NCBI RefSeq assembly: GCF_028641065.1
Contig: NC_073410.1
Location: 372,001 to 436,000, forward strand
DNA: 64,000 nucleotides
Direction of reading: 5' to 3'
Origin: Leucoraja erinacea
Lineage: Eukaryota
Positions 11,741 through 24,750 of the stretch are shown here, in pieces (within the stretch, counting starts at the first letter, position 1; each line of letters opens with the position of its first letter). The notes beneath the pieces were generated by a model. The model was not told the DNA's origin, made no database searches, and saw only the letters and a program-made list of their open reading frames with translations. Made by a program: the position numbers and the translations under genes.

Positions 11741-12157
11741 ATTCCTCCCAGACAGGACATGCAAAGTAAATGGCAGTGCTAGAGGATGTAACGAAGCTGA
11801 GAGAATTAGCATGATGTTATAGAAAGACAGGGTGGTGAAGAAAGGTGTTTGGCACGGTTGCCTTCATCAATCACAGTGTTGAATACAAACATTGGGATGC
11901 CATGTTACAACTAGTAAAATATCTTAGTGAACCCACACTTGGCAATATTTTGTGTGTAGTTTTTGTCATTCGTTGTGGGATGTCACCAACCTGGAATAGG
12001 TGCAGAAAAGATTCACAAGGATCATACTTGAAATGAAGGTCTCGAGTTATAAGACAAGATTAAATTGGCTGTGACACTTTACCCTGGAGTGTAGGAGGCT
12101 GGGTGGGGGTTGACCTTGTAGATGTATAAAACCATGAAGGACATGGATAAGGTAAAT

Positions 12158-12878
12158 GTTTAAGAAAGAACAGCAGAAAGTGCCAGTGGAGGGGGTGGTT
12201 TGGGTGGGAAGGGATGAATTGACCAGGGAGAATGGTTTCTTGATCAATCCCTGGTCAATTCATCCCTTCCCACCCAAACCACCCCCTCCCCGGTACTTTC
12301 CCATGCAACCGCAGGAAATGCTACACTTGTCACTTTACCTCCCCCCCTGATTCCATCCAAGGACCCAAACTTTCCATGTGCGGCAGAGGTTCACCTGCAC
12401 CTCCTCCAACCTCATCTATTGCATCCGCTGCTCTAGGTGTCAGCTGCTCTACATCGGTGAGCCCAAGCGCAGGCTTGGCGATCGCTTCGCCCAACACCTC
12501 CGCTCAGCTCGCACTCACCAACCTGATCTCCCGGTGGCTCAGCACTTCAACTCCTCATCCCATTCCGAATCCAACCTTTCTGTCCTGGGCCTCCTCCATG
12601 GCCAGAGTGAGCACCTCATTTTTCACTTGGGTAGCTTACACCCCAGCGATATGAACATTGACTTCTCCAATTTCAGGTAGCCCTTGCTTTCTCTCTCCTT
12701 CCCCTCCCCAGCCCTCCCACAGCCTACTGTCGCCGCCTCTTCCATTCTTCTCCCCGTCTCCCCCCCCCCACACCTCCACATCAGTCTCAAGAAGGGTCTC
12801 GACCCGAAACGTCACCTATTCCATCGCTCCATAGACGCTATCTCACCTGCTGAGTTCCTCCAGCATTTTTATCTACCT
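12158..12878 (+). mobile_element. Penelope-like element (GIY-YIG + pLTR, short inverted 5' part) inserted into an older CR1 fragment
   Basis: ORF 12378-12680 RFTCTSSNLIYCIRCSRCQLLYIGEPKRRLGDRF. 14-bp direct repeat TGGATAAGGTAAAT at 12144-12157 and 12879-12892. Confidence 0.85.
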
Positions 12879-13651
12879 TGGATAAGGTAAATAATCAGTT
12901 TATTTCCAAAGGTCAAGGAGTCTACAGCTAGAGGGCATAGATTTAAAAGATGCTTCTACTGCTAATGGACCTAAGGGGCAAATTTTTTACATAGTCAGAA
13001 TTATAGAGCATGGAAATAGACTCTTTGGCCCAGGTTTCTATGCCGACCATATTGCCTACCTGCGCTAATCCCATTTGCCTGTGCTTGGCCCATACTCCTC
13101 TGGTTGACTTATCCGTCCAATGTCTTTTTTGTACCCACCTTGAACAATTCCTCTAGGACCTCATTCCATACCTACACTATGAAGAAAGTACAAGTTAGGG
13201 CCTGTGGTGTTTGGAAAATATCAAACCTCCATTCTCTTGGTGGTCTCCTTTATTTGGATTGCACTGCTTAATTGTCGCTGTGGGGAAAGGATGCTGTTTG
13301 ATCTGAGTTGGTTCTTTAATGCAATGCTAGAAGTGGTCCAATATGCTTGCAAATTTATATATCAAAACAGTTTGTGATTTAAGAATGATCATTCAATGGG
13401 ATGCAGTTTGTTTTCTTGCTAATGTGTGTTGATAGTAAATCTAAAATGTTCGGCAAACACATTCCCAGTAGTGGTTGTGGTTTGCATCCTGGAGGTAGTC
13501 ATCCATCCAGCTTCTTGCTTCACTCTGATCCTGCCTGAACAAGACTTTAATTCCCATTAACTGTGTTTCCCCACATCATTCCCTTGCCGACCGACAACTT
13601 CACCTTCAATTTTGAAGGATTCTTTTGGCATTAGCAGCTTATTGAGGATGC

Positions 13652-13942
13652 TAGGTAGACAAAATTGCTGGAGAAACTTAGCGGGTGCGGCAGCATCTAT
13701 GGAGCAAAGGAAATAGGCAACGTTTTGAGCCAAAACACTTCTTCAGACTGATGTGGGGGGGAGAAGAAAGGAAGATGCAGGGACAGTAAGCTGTGGGAGA
13801 GCCCCCGGGAGATCGGGTTGGTTATTGCGAACCGAGTGGAGGTGTTCGGTGAAGCGATCACCAAGCCTACACCGATGTAGAGTAGCGGATGCAATAGATG
13901 AGGTTGGAGGAGGTGCAGGTGAACCTCTGCCGCACCTGGAAT
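13652..13942 (-). mobile_element. Penelope-like fragment (pLTR + GIY-YIG remnant)
   Basis: Same pLTR sequence on the minus strand, plus a LYIGVGL.. remnant. Confidence 0.7.
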
Positions 13943-14029
13943 CTTTATATAATTGTTTTGTAATTAGGGATTGGTATAATCAAGTAACATTATTTGGTTT
14001 ATCATTAAATGTTCTTTTCTGCAGATACA

Positions 14030-14096
14030 ATGGCCATACCTCCTTCATATACAGACCTTGGCAAATCAGCCAGAGATATTTTCAACAAAGGCTATG
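14030..14096 (+). CDS. VDAC2: VDAC2 coding exon 1 ([22 protein letters not shown])
   Basis: Acceptor TTTTCTGCAG| at 14024, ATG at 14030, donor GTAAAT at 14097. Confidence 0.95.
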
Positions 14097-17000
14097 GTAA
14101 ATAATTCTACACACCTACTGTTTGTAAAAGATAGATCTGTTAGTATGTATGTGCTTGGATCTTGTATTATCAGTTACAGTCCAGAGGAAAGCCATTCAGT
14201 TACACATTTCCACCTGCTGTAGTCTCTAATCATGGGTAGTAATCAATTTGGTTCATTTCCTTTATAAATGTTCACCTAATGTCCTTATAAATTCAGGACT
14301 TTGTTCCTGTTGACCATATTATACAAAACATTTAATTGACCTTCATTTTACTCCCCCCCCCGCTCCCCCTCCCATCTTCTTTTTGTTCTTTAACTACCAA
14401 TTTGTATAACCCGAGAACCATTTTTTTACCTGCTCTTTCAAAGCCATTCATTATTTTTGATATCCCTTCATCCTGTTCATTAAATGAGAGGCTAGAAAGC
14501 TTAGATAGGCGTGGCTGCTCTTGTTCTGGCTGGGTCATGTGTTTCTCAGCTATTCACTGCACCACTGACCCTATTTCGGAAGCAGTTCACCTTTTTGCAA
14601 ATTATTATTTGCTTAACTGAAATGCAGATGGAGTTGATCACAAATGGGTAAATGGCCCTTAATGTAGAATGCTTTTGGATATATTTTGGGTGTGAGAGAT
14701 TTTAGAATGTTGTTTTGCATGATCGTTATACGTTGAACAATGAGTTGGCATTCAGTAAACAAATTGGGTTATTTATTTGAATGAATAACATTCTTTGACA
14801 CTATTTACACACATGTATTAATATGTTTGAATTTGCCCTTTCTGATGTGGATTTGTAAACTGATGTGATGGGAGTTGTGACTCTACTGGAACCTGGCTCT
14901 CTAACAGTGCAGTTGGCTATAAAAAATGCTAATTATTTTGCATGAATCAATTTGAATCTGATTTTAACTTGTACCCAAACAGATCTTTTTCATTATAATA
15001 TAAGTGGCAGATTTTTTTTTTTTTTTAAGTATGGACATTGGTGTAGACACAAAATGCTGGAATAACTCAGCGGGACAGGCACCATCTCTGGAGAGAATGA
15101 ATGGGTGACATTTCAGATCGAGACCCTTCTTCAGTCTGAAGAATATCTGAGTTACTCCAGCATTTTGTGTCTACCTTCGGTTTAAACCAGCATGTGCCGT
15201 TCTTTCCTACACATAAAGTCGTTGGTGTTATCATTTCAGACATCAATCTCATTTACACTGTAAACAGTTGTATAATCATGCCGTGGTATCGCGATAGCCT
15301 TGAATTGTGAAGCCCCACTTGCGAGCTGACTGAGACGCTTGCATTCACCTGTTTTCATGTAGTTAACAGTGATGTTTTCATCACCATTTTGAATTAAATG
15401 TAATTAAAATACAAAGGCCTGTTCTGATTGTGTGCTATGTCCTAGGCTTCGGTTTGGTAAAACTGGAAGTGAAAACCAAGTCACAGAGTGGAGTGGTGAG
15501 CTTAATTTACTACTTTCTTGCCAACAGAATTGGTTTACTTGTAAAGTATTAGCTCGCAATGTTCGATGGTGGATCTTCAAAGAAATAGCCGTTTTTCAGG
15601 GAAAATGTGGTCATCCATAAAGAACTGCTTGGGGATTAATCTACAGAGCACCTGTGGTGATATCTGTTTGTTTAATGACAGTTGTGTTCATTGTGTTCAG
15701 GGGCACAGAGTGTCTGGACCTTTCAGTAGGCCAATATAGGCATGGTCCTTCACCTTTCACCTCCTATAGACTGTTTCCTCACCAGTGGGCTCACTGCCAC
15801 AAATGCCTGAAACCTTCTTTAAACCTCTAGGGCTCACACCCCCAACTGTACCATTAATATTAGCCCAGGGAACAATTGGTTGAGTGAGGAGTTTAGAAGT
15901 GCTAGATGAAGCATCGGCACACTAAAAATAAACCCTCCCCCCCTCACCTTAAACCTGTGTTGTTTGGATCTTGACCTCTCTGCCCTGTTCATTCTCCCTA
16001 TTCCCCTCATGATTTTATACACCTCTATAATGTCGCCCCTCTGCCTCCTTTGCTCTGTGGATTATAGTCACCTGTAAGCAATGAACCAGGAATAGAGACC
16101 ATAAACTTTGGCTTGTTCATTTACAGGCCCCTGCTACAGTCTGTTTTGTGTGCCTAAGTGGCGCGATGGTTCTTTATAAGAATGTTTCCATTCAAAGTAA
16201 TTGATCTTGAAGAGAACCCAGGAATCTTCATGGATTTCTACTCTTTCTCCCCGCCCCCCCATCATGTGGTGAAAAAGGTTTGGGAGTGTGTTTCGGTAAG
16301 CTACACATACAGCAATGGGACATTAACTGTCCCAGTGTAAATGGATGAAGATATTACAGTGTGTAAATATGATTCTGCAGAATTCATCAATTAAGTAGGT
16401 CTGTATTTACAAGTAATATTGAACGCCCATTATTTCAAAATTTAACAGGAATTCACAACTTCCGGATCTTCAAACACTGAGAGTGGGAAAGTGTCTGGCA
16501 GCTTGGAAACCAAGTACAAGTGGTCTGAATATGGCCTCACGTTTACGGAGAAATGGAACACTGATAACACTTTGGGCACAGAAATTGCAATTGAAGATCA
16601 GGTAATTCATTTTAGTTGATGACAAGTTGAGTTGGAGACAAGAGGCTGCAGATGCTGTGATTTGGAGCAACAATCTACTGGAGGAACTCGACAGGCTGAG
16701 CATCAACTGTTGTGTGGTGGGTGGGGCAGGAATTGTTGACTGTATGTTGACGCCCTATATCAGCCCCTATTTCCTCCCCATCAATGCTGTTCGACCCACT
16801 GTTCCTCCAGCATATTGGAAATTTAATGAATGAGTGAGGGTGGAAGCAAAAATACCTTCTGGCCTGAGAGTTTACCCATTTGGAAAACTGTAGGGTGCCA
16901 GTGTGAACATTTGCGTGGCACAACTCACAAGCGATGCTCAATATCTTGAGGAAGAAAGAGTTTTTCAACAATAAACGCGAGGGCACTTTGTCTCCATGTC

Positions 17001-18821
17001 CATCATCTAGTTACTTTTGTTTGTTTACCTGTGATATTGGACAAGAACAGAAATGTAGTACACCCCATTTACCTCCCAAATTGTGACTTGAATATTAGGT
17101 TGTACACTGAAACAATGTTTATTTTACTTTTCCAGCTTGCCAAAGGTCTGAAGCTGACATTTGACACCACCTTCTCGCCTAACACTGGGTAATTCTAGCT
17201 CTGAAAGATATTGCAGCAGCTTTATTTTCTGGTGTCAACAGAACGCTAAATGTTCCTACTTTGCCTCCACAGCAAGAAGAGTGGCAGAGTGAAAACTGCC
17301 TACAAGCGTGAATATGTCAACTTGGGCTGTGATGTGGATTTTGATTTTGCAGGCCCTGCCATCCATGCCTCAGCAGTAGCTGGCTATGAGGGTTGGCTTG
17401 CTGGCTACCAAATGTCTTTTGACACAGCCAAATCAAAACTCACCCAGAACAACTTTGCTGTAGGTTACAAAACCGGAGATTTCCAGCTACATACTAACGT
17501 GTAAGTTATATTTATAGAGTGATGCTTGCGTAGGTAAAACACTTGGATTTTGCCTTTGGCAGTGGGTTATCTATTTACATTTATTTTCGTTATTAAAACA
17601 GAAATCTTGGTCTGTAAATAAGCAATTGCTGCTTTTTGGATTATCCATGAATCAGCTAAACCAAGTGGTTATTTTACTGCAGGAATGACGGTGCTGAATT
17701 TGGTGGATCAATCTACCAGAAGGTGAGCGATAGTCTGGAGACAGCAGTGAACCTAGCCTGGACCGCCGGCAACAATAGCACCCGCTTTGGCATTGCTGCT
17801 AAATACCAGCTCGACTCCACTGCTTCCATTTCTGTGAGTGCACCTTTCTGGTTTCTGATCCCTGTCGTTTAAATATAATTCAATATGTTTGCCTTGCTAA
17901 CATCTTACTGATCTCTTTCAGGCAAAAGTCAACAACTCCAGCCTAATTGGAATAGGTTACAGCCAGGTTCTTAGGCCAGGTATGTCTCCAGCTGCTTTAT
18001 TTGTTGTAAGACTGCTACAATGAGTAGTTAGATGGGTTGGATAACTGTAAAATGATTGTAATCGGATTTCCCTGAAGCTCATTGAACCGCCCTCCCTCTC
18101 CCTTTCAGAATAAGTGCTTGACAGTTGTAGCTTTGTTCAACCTGCCCACACTCCCCTCGTCACCCCTCAGATGTTTGATAAAACCCAAACTGAAAAATGA
18201 GTTGCAACTCCTGAGACAATGAAGGTGAATGGCTTGAGTCCCTGAAGTTCCATAACTTGAATGTTTCTGCCTGTCACATTTCTATGCCCAGTAAAGTTGA
18301 AGAAGATGGTTCAGGTTCCAAGTTATGCAAGGTGTTTATCTTCAGTGAATGTGCAGTTAGTGTAGATTTCCCAATGAGATTGTTGCTGGGTAAGATGCTG
18401 TGTCCTTTTTCAGCAGGATGATATCTAACTGCCAGTTGTACTTGCCCGCTTTTTAGTCTGCAGTTTGAGGAATGTTTTTACATTAGGGGGCTACTCTCGG
18501 TTGCCTTATTTCCCTCTTTGCTGAAGTTGACAAAGGCAGGAGAGAAGCTACAAACTGGAGTGGCAGCTTGCAGTGATTGACTGGTCTGGTGAGGTTGCAC
18601 TGCGCAGAGAGCTGTATAGTCTCAGCGTTTGTTGCCTTCTGCCAAAGATTTGGTGAACAGGAGCTTGATGCAAAAATGCTGTAAAACATGGCACTGATGT
18701 GTTTTTAATCACTGGCTTGTTGATTCCAGGGATAAAGCTGACACTGAGCACCCTGATTGATGGGAAGGGTTTCAATTCTGGTGGTCACAAACTTGGCCTG
18801 GGTCTTGAATTGGAAGCTTAA
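14030..18821 (+). CDS. VDAC2: Voltage-dependent anion channel 2 (whole CDS span, 8 coding exons, 283 aa)
   Basis: Exons of 67+50+153+53+228+151+58+92 = 852 nt, all GT-AG, frame-consistent from [23 protein letters not shown] to [16 protein letters not shown]2-type motifs [27 protein letters not shown] and C-terminal ELEA. Confidence 0.95.
15040..15215. mobile_element. Penelope pLTR inverted remnant in VDAC2 intron
   Basis: GTAGACACAAAATGCTGGAATAACTCAG ... CTGAGTTACTCCAGCATTTTGTGTCTAC inverted pair. Confidence 0.65.
15446..15495 (+). CDS. VDAC2: VDAC2 coding exon 2 ([17 protein letters not shown])
   Basis: CCTAG| acceptor, GTGAGC donor, 50 nt. Confidence 0.95.
16449..16601 (+). CDS. VDAC2: VDAC2 coding exon 3 ([10 protein letters not shown]...GTEIAIEDQ)
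   Basis: AACAG| acceptor, GTAATT donor, 153 nt. Confidence 0.95.
17136..17188 (+). CDS. VDAC2: VDAC2 coding exon 4 ([18 protein letters not shown])
   Basis: TTCCAG| acceptor, GTAATT donor, 53 nt. Confidence 0.95.
17273..17500 (+). CDS. VDAC2: VDAC2 coding exon 5 ([13 protein letters not shown]...DFQLHTNV)
   Basis: CCACAG| acceptor, GTAAGT donor, 228 nt. Matches ORF 17250-17504. Confidence 0.95.
17683..17833 (+). CDS. VDAC2: VDAC2 coding exon 6 ([14 protein letters not shown]...STASIS)
   Basis: CTGCAG| acceptor, GTGAGT donor, 151 nt. Confidence 0.95.
17922..17979 (+). CDS. VDAC2: VDAC2 coding exon 7 ([19 protein letters not shown])
   Basis: TTTCAG| acceptor, GTATGT donor, 58 nt. Confidence 0.95.
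18730..18821 (+). CDS. VDAC2: VDAC2 last coding exon ([30 protein letters not shown])
   Basis: TTCCAG| acceptor, TAA at 18819-18821. Confidence 0.95.
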
Positions 18822-19264
18822 GCTGAGAACCTCGGATGAAAAGGGATATCAGAAGAAAGCAACGTTTGGCCGTGACATGTAATTCCAACTTGAGCAACAA
18901 GCTTTCCTGGAAAGAAAGATTCAAACCAACCACATACCTGTATTTTTAGAACTTTTTGTTTCTGTTCTTTTATGTGAAATTTGCTTCTCTAGAAGGTCAT
19001 TCAGAAGTCGTAGATCACTCTTTATTTAAAATGTATTTAACTGTTACTACAGCAACCTAAATAATGGAAACACAATACTGACAAGTGGTGACTGCATGTT
19101 TCCTGATTTAATGTCTATCTTGAGACATTGTGCTATGTCAGTTCACCTGCAATTGGATAAATTGAAATGATCCAAATTACACTTGAAACATTTTATGGAT
19201 TCTGTGTAGCAAAAATTCAAACTATTTCCGGTATCCTAAATCCATACAGTTGATGCTGAATGAT

Positions 19265-19270
19265 AATAAA
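19265..19270 (+). terminator. VDAC2: Likely VDAC2 polyadenylation signal AATAAA
   Basis: AATAAA ~445 nt after the stop, followed by a T/GT-rich downstream element (GTTGTTTATTCCTCTTGCTCTTTTGTGT). Confidence 0.7.
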
Positions 19271-20581
19271 AAAAATCAAATACAGTTGTTTATTCCTCTT
19301 GCTCTTTTGTGTAACACTTGATGCTGTACAACTTCCCCAGGAGAGTGCAATAGGTTACTTGGGACAGTAACTTGATTGCAGTGAAAGGAAATCATGTATT
19401 TTTAAAACCAGTTTGCATTTCCCCAGCTGTTGCTCAGCTGTATGTATGAAGCACTTGTCTGGAGAATTTCTTGCAGCTCAATGTCCCAAGGGAAGTAGTT
19501 GCAAAATAATAATAAACTATTGTAGTTTGATCACTGCAAACTCGTACGTCTCTGCTGCTGCTGTATTGCTCCGTGGCCGAGTGTGCCCATCACACAGTGC
19601 ATTAGAGGACAGGAGATTAGCTATTGTGTGCTGGGTGTGGGGGAGCAGGAAATGCCCAAGGTGTCGAAATGGGAAGATTTGTATGGGTTTGTGACTCAAT
19701 TTCCACTTTTTACTGTGCTAATTATGAGATGACTTTATTATTTAAGAGAAGGAACTGGATTAATTGATAAAATACAAAATGTTGGTATATAAAATTAAAC
19801 TATTTGTTGCCAGGGTGGTAGTAGGTGTGTAAATTAATGCTACTTTCTGATTTTGTTATTTTGCTAAATTCAACAAATTGGTTAGTATCAAAGTATTGCA
19901 GACAAGGAAATAGTCTTTGAGGAAGGTTGTTTGTTGGATGAGCACTTGATGTAACTTTACACTGTCATTTCTCTTGCAATTGATCTTGCCCTGGCAAATT
20001 CAGTAAGATTTTATGGTTTAATGTTAGCCCTTTAATAATTGAATAGTCGGCAAATGAGACAGAAATACGCTCTTGCTAGAAAATAGGCTTGATTACTCTT
20101 GGTGTGGCTTGGTCAGAAGTTGTTTTAGTCGTAAATGAGCATTTATTGGGCTGTAGCTGAACAGGGCAGGCACCAGTCCGAGTGTTATACTTGTACAGTC
20201 ATGTTGCTGCTCTACGGTAGTACCCGTAAAGCTACATCAAAATCAAAACTGTCGACAAAAGAAATATAAAAGAAAAAGAAAATGGCAGGAATACTCAGCG
20301 AGTCGTGCCTGGCTTGCATGTTCCACTTTTACAGCACTAAAGCTTTGACCTTGTAGAATGATTAGTATTCTACATTGCTTTTCCAAATGTCTGTCTTTGC
20401 CAATTTAAATCACTTACAATTGCCTATTGAAGTGTCAAAGTTGACATCTGATTAATCTGGAAAGTAATTAGTTTAGTAATTGAGGGCGACATAAGTTCTT
20501 GCCTTGCTGAATTAATCTGGATATTTATTATTGGAATTAAAAAACTTTCCCAGGCAGTAACATTGGCATGGACACGTGAAA

Positions 20582-20798
20582 ATAGACACAAAATGCTGGA
20601 GTGGCTCAGCAGTCAGGCAGCATCTTGGGAAAAGGAATAGGTGATGCTTCGGGGCAAGGCCCTTCTGTCTGAAGAAGGGTCTCGACCCAAAACGTTGCCT
20701 ATTTCTTTTCTGCTGAGATGCTGCCTGACCCACTAAGTTACTCCAGCATTTTGTGTCTTTCCTTAGTGTAAATCAGCATCTGCAGTCCCTTCCTACAC
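20582..20798. mobile_element. Penelope pLTR inverted remnant
   Basis: AGACACAAAATGCTGGAGT ... ACTCCAGCATTTTGTGTCT inverted pair containing CTGAAGAAGGGTCTCGACCC. Confidence 0.65.
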
Positions 20799-22909
20799 AG
20801 TAACATTGATTTTGTTGTTATGGAATGCCATATGGATTAAAATGTCAGCAATAGTCTGACGATTACCTGTGACACATTGTGAGTGATGCTCGGATCCTTA
20901 ACAACGTAGCAGATCGTTAATGTGTAAAGAAGGTGGAGCTGGGATTCTCTGTTGTCCAAAAATGTTTATTTTCAGTTCCCTTGTACGTTTTATTCCCGAC
21001 TCCAAGTTGCGATGGGCTGCGAGTGTGAAGTAGAATCCTGTGTCACTTACAGCTGAAGAAGCCATTCTCCCAGTGAACACTGAAGGTAGACAGAAATGCT
21101 GGAGAAACTCAGCGGGTGAGGCAGCATCTATGGAGCGAAGGAATAGGTGACGTTTTGGGTCGAGACCCTTCTCACTGACCTCTAGTTCCCACCTGGTTGA
21201 GCAAGGGGCTGGGGTTTGTTGCCTCTTGTGTTTTGGTCATTAATGTCGTGTGGAGGCCTCTACTGCCAGGAAACATTCATATTTTGCCTGTGACACCGCA
21301 ACGGCAAATGGACGTGGCCCTCAACAGAAAGTTAAATCTGTGGTGATGAATGTAATATCAGTTCATCTGGACATAGCAATGTTGTACGTTGAAAGTCAAG
21401 AATAAAATCATGGACACAAATTCAATATTTTAGATCCTTGTGTTTGGGCACGTTGGTGCATCTATTACAATGGATAATGTTCTCTGACTAGTTTCGCTGT
21501 CCTGATTCATTTCATTGTTTGTATGCATCGTTGTCACCTTCCCCTCAGCCAACAATGATCATCGTCTGCTTTGATCTGTCGTTTGCGCACATCGCCCTTC
21601 CATATCTCTGGTTTCCCTCTCCACTGACTCAGTCTGAAGAAGGGTCCCGACCCAAAACATCACCCATTCCTTCTCTCCAGAGATGCCCGTCCTGCAGAGT
21701 TACATCAGCATTTTGCCTAGCTTCAATGTTCTGAAGCTGTCAGTCTTATACAATGTGTTTAATGAAGGGTTGACTGGCATGTAGTTGTATGTTCTGTAAT
21801 GCTGTTTGCATTGACATGGACATTTCAACAGGAGAGGGTAATCTTTGCAAGGTGTGCAGTTGCAATGGCAGCCCTTGTAGCAAGCATTTTGGCAGCTCCT
21901 GTAATCAGATGCATTGAGACAGTACAACTGCAAACATGAATTGTCATTTGTGAATGGGTAACTGGTGTAAAATATTTCTATTGATCAAAGTGGGCATATT
22001 ATGCTTACAGATATATATTTAAGTCCTGTTCTTTGCCATCTTTTACTGGCAGTGAGTTTGCTGAAGGGCCTAAAGTTAAATTCCTCTTTCATTATTTGGA
22101 TTAATTGGCCATCACCATTGTGTGTCTGAGTCGGGAGTAGCCCGCTAATGTTAAGTGTTCCATTTACAAACCGGATCTTAACACATGGAACCCTTTACTA
22201 AGGTCCCCCTGTAAAAGGTTTGTTCAAATCCAGATTTATCTGAACTGTGCTTCTATTTAAGGAATAATATATATTAAAGATGACACGCTTAGGACTTGCT
22301 AAATCCCATGGTGTAGGATTTCTGTGGAACATTATTGATGCCAATGAAGTTATCATTTATTGCACCCACTGCATCTCATGATCAAGTGTTAGTGTAATTA
22401 GGATTTTATTCTCATACAGATAATAGGAATTTGTAGGAATTAAACTATGAACGATTAGAAAATATTGTTAACCTTGTATTGTTCACTTTGCCCATGTCAT
22501 GTGCCTTTACCTAGCTTAACAATGACTAATAAAGAACCGTACATAGAGCAGAGTGGAGGTATTTGTGTAACTTATTGGTTCTATTTGTTTTGCCATACAT
22601 TGACTTCTCATTAGATGTGTCACGGCCTGCGGCTTCCAGCACAAACACTGAGGCAACCTCTCTGCTGGTGAGTGGGGCTTTCACACTCTGCTGTCCATGC
22701 CACCTCTGCCTTGGACATCTCCAGATTCTATGGTGTGATATTTCTGGCTGCTATGCTCCAATCCTCAGCTTACTTCAAGTCCCGTGTCCTAGCTTGCACG
22801 GTTGCACTCAACTATGCCTCATTTAAAAAAATGTAAATTCATCAGTTAGCACCGTTAGCAAAGTGGGAACACAAAATATCTGGCAGGCAAGAGTAAGGAA
22901 TATCCTAAT

Positions 22910-23212
22910 GGGGCAGCACAGTCACACAACTGGTAGAGCTGTTGCCTCACAGCACTGGAGACCCAGGTTCTGACCTCGAGTGCTGCCTGTGTGAAGTTTG
23001 CATGCTCTCCCTGTGATCACGTGCGTTTTCCTCCCACGTCCCAAAGAGGTGCGAGTTTGTGGGCTAGTTGGTCATTTAAATCTCTCCTCCCCCGGTGTGC
23101 AGGGATTGGATGCAATAGTGGGATAACAGAACTAGTGTGAATGGGTGACCGATGGTCAGCGCAGATTCTGTGCCAAAGGGTGTGTTTCAATGCTGTTTCT
23201 ATTAAACCAAAT
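22910..23212 (+). mobile_element. Degenerate tRNA-derived V-SINE-like element
   Basis: Similar along its length to the better-preserved copy at 41925-42210. Confidence 0.6.
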
Positions 23213-24249
23213 CTGAAAATAACTTGAAGTGTATGAAGTAGGGGAGGGGAGACTCAATGCTCAAGTATTTGAATTACCATGGGAGAGAAGCAATGGACCA
23301 AGTACTGGGTATATGTGTTGGGAACTTGAGTAGCAAGGACATGACGGGCTGTTTATGACCGACACATCCTCTAATGGCTCATTTTAAATTAGCAACATTC
23401 GGATCCCTTTGGTTCTGCTCACCACCTTCTCCTAGGATCCCACCGTCATCAGCCTTTGTCATTGGGTCTGAGCCTCTACCTACATTCTGCTGCTTCACGT
23501 GCCACGTAAATGATTAATTTCTTGAGTCGAGATCCCACTACGCTTACAATAGCCTTGACCTTTGGCAGGCTTCACATCCTTCCTGTAATGGGGTGACCAG
23601 GACTGCATGCAACATGACAGAGCTGCAACACAACATCCTGCCTCTTGTAATGTATGCCACAACTGATGAAGGCAAGCATACATTATGTCTCCTTTACCAC
23701 TCATCTGTCTCTCCACTTTCAGAGAGCTATGGACTTCAACTCCAAGATCCTTCTGTATTTTCTGCTTGATAGATTTACTTCTCCGGCTTGGTGATTTAAC
23801 TACATGTGTGAGGGCCTGCCTCCTTCATCTCAGGTCAAACATTGCAGCCATTCTCCGTGAAGAGGTTTTCTTTACCACTTCTAGATCGCTTGCTCTCTAC
23901 ACATTTTAGATATCTCTGTGATCTGCCCTTGGTCTCAAACTGATAAACAGCCAATGTATTGTCATTTACAGAATGTCCAGTTTATTTTAAAATGTACAAA
24001 TATATACTTGCAGAACATGCTGCAGTATTCAGTACGCCTATCATTCTAATTTCTTATGAGGTTTACCTTCCATTTCATTTATGCAGCTTCCTCAAGCGAG
24101 CAGGCTGTGTTGTGTTTGCATGTTTCAGTGTGCATGGAGCAGTGCTGCACTCTTCAGCTACAGCAGCTGGACAGAGCCTTGGTGTGTCCCTCAGTACCCG
24201 ATCCTTTGTCCTGGGCTCTGCCCTTTGTATTCCAAAATATATCACAGTA

Positions 24250-24750
24250 ACTGGATAGGCCACAGCCAGAGTACTGTGTGCAGTTGTGGTCACCAGGAGT
24301 ATGATAGTACTGGAGAGTGCAGAGGAGATTCACCAGGATGTCACCTGGGATTATCAGTCCCAATTACAAAGAGAAACTGAATGGGCTGGGTTTGTGGAGT
24401 GTACAAATTTAAAAAGGGACCTGATTGAAATGTAGAACAGTATGTGAGGTCGACAGATGAAAACATTTGTACCTGTTGCTGGGTGCCTCAGCCCAGAGGG
24501 CTACAGTTTAAGGTGAGGAGCAGGAGGTTTAGAGGTGATCTTTGAGAAAATAAACTCACCCTGGTGGTTGTTGTCATTTGGAATCCCTTCAGCAATGGTG
24601 GAGGCAGAGATTTTCCCAGCATTTGACATGTGTCTGGATAAAGATTTGAATTATCAAGGCAACTAAGGCAATGGTCCAAGAACTGGTAAATGGTATTTGT
24701 AGAAATAGATATGGTGGAGCGAAGGGCCTGTTTCTATGCTGCATGATTCT
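24250..24750 (+). mobile_element. Old CR1-like LINE 3' fragment
   Basis: Degenerate LEYCVQ.W / LESAQRRFTRM..GL-type sequence, ending GAAGGGCCTGTTTCTATGCTGCATGATTCT. Confidence 0.6.

Noticed and set aside
15496-16448. 3-nt ATG microexon like that known in VDAC3
   Set aside because: No AG-ATG-GT found in this intron by eye.
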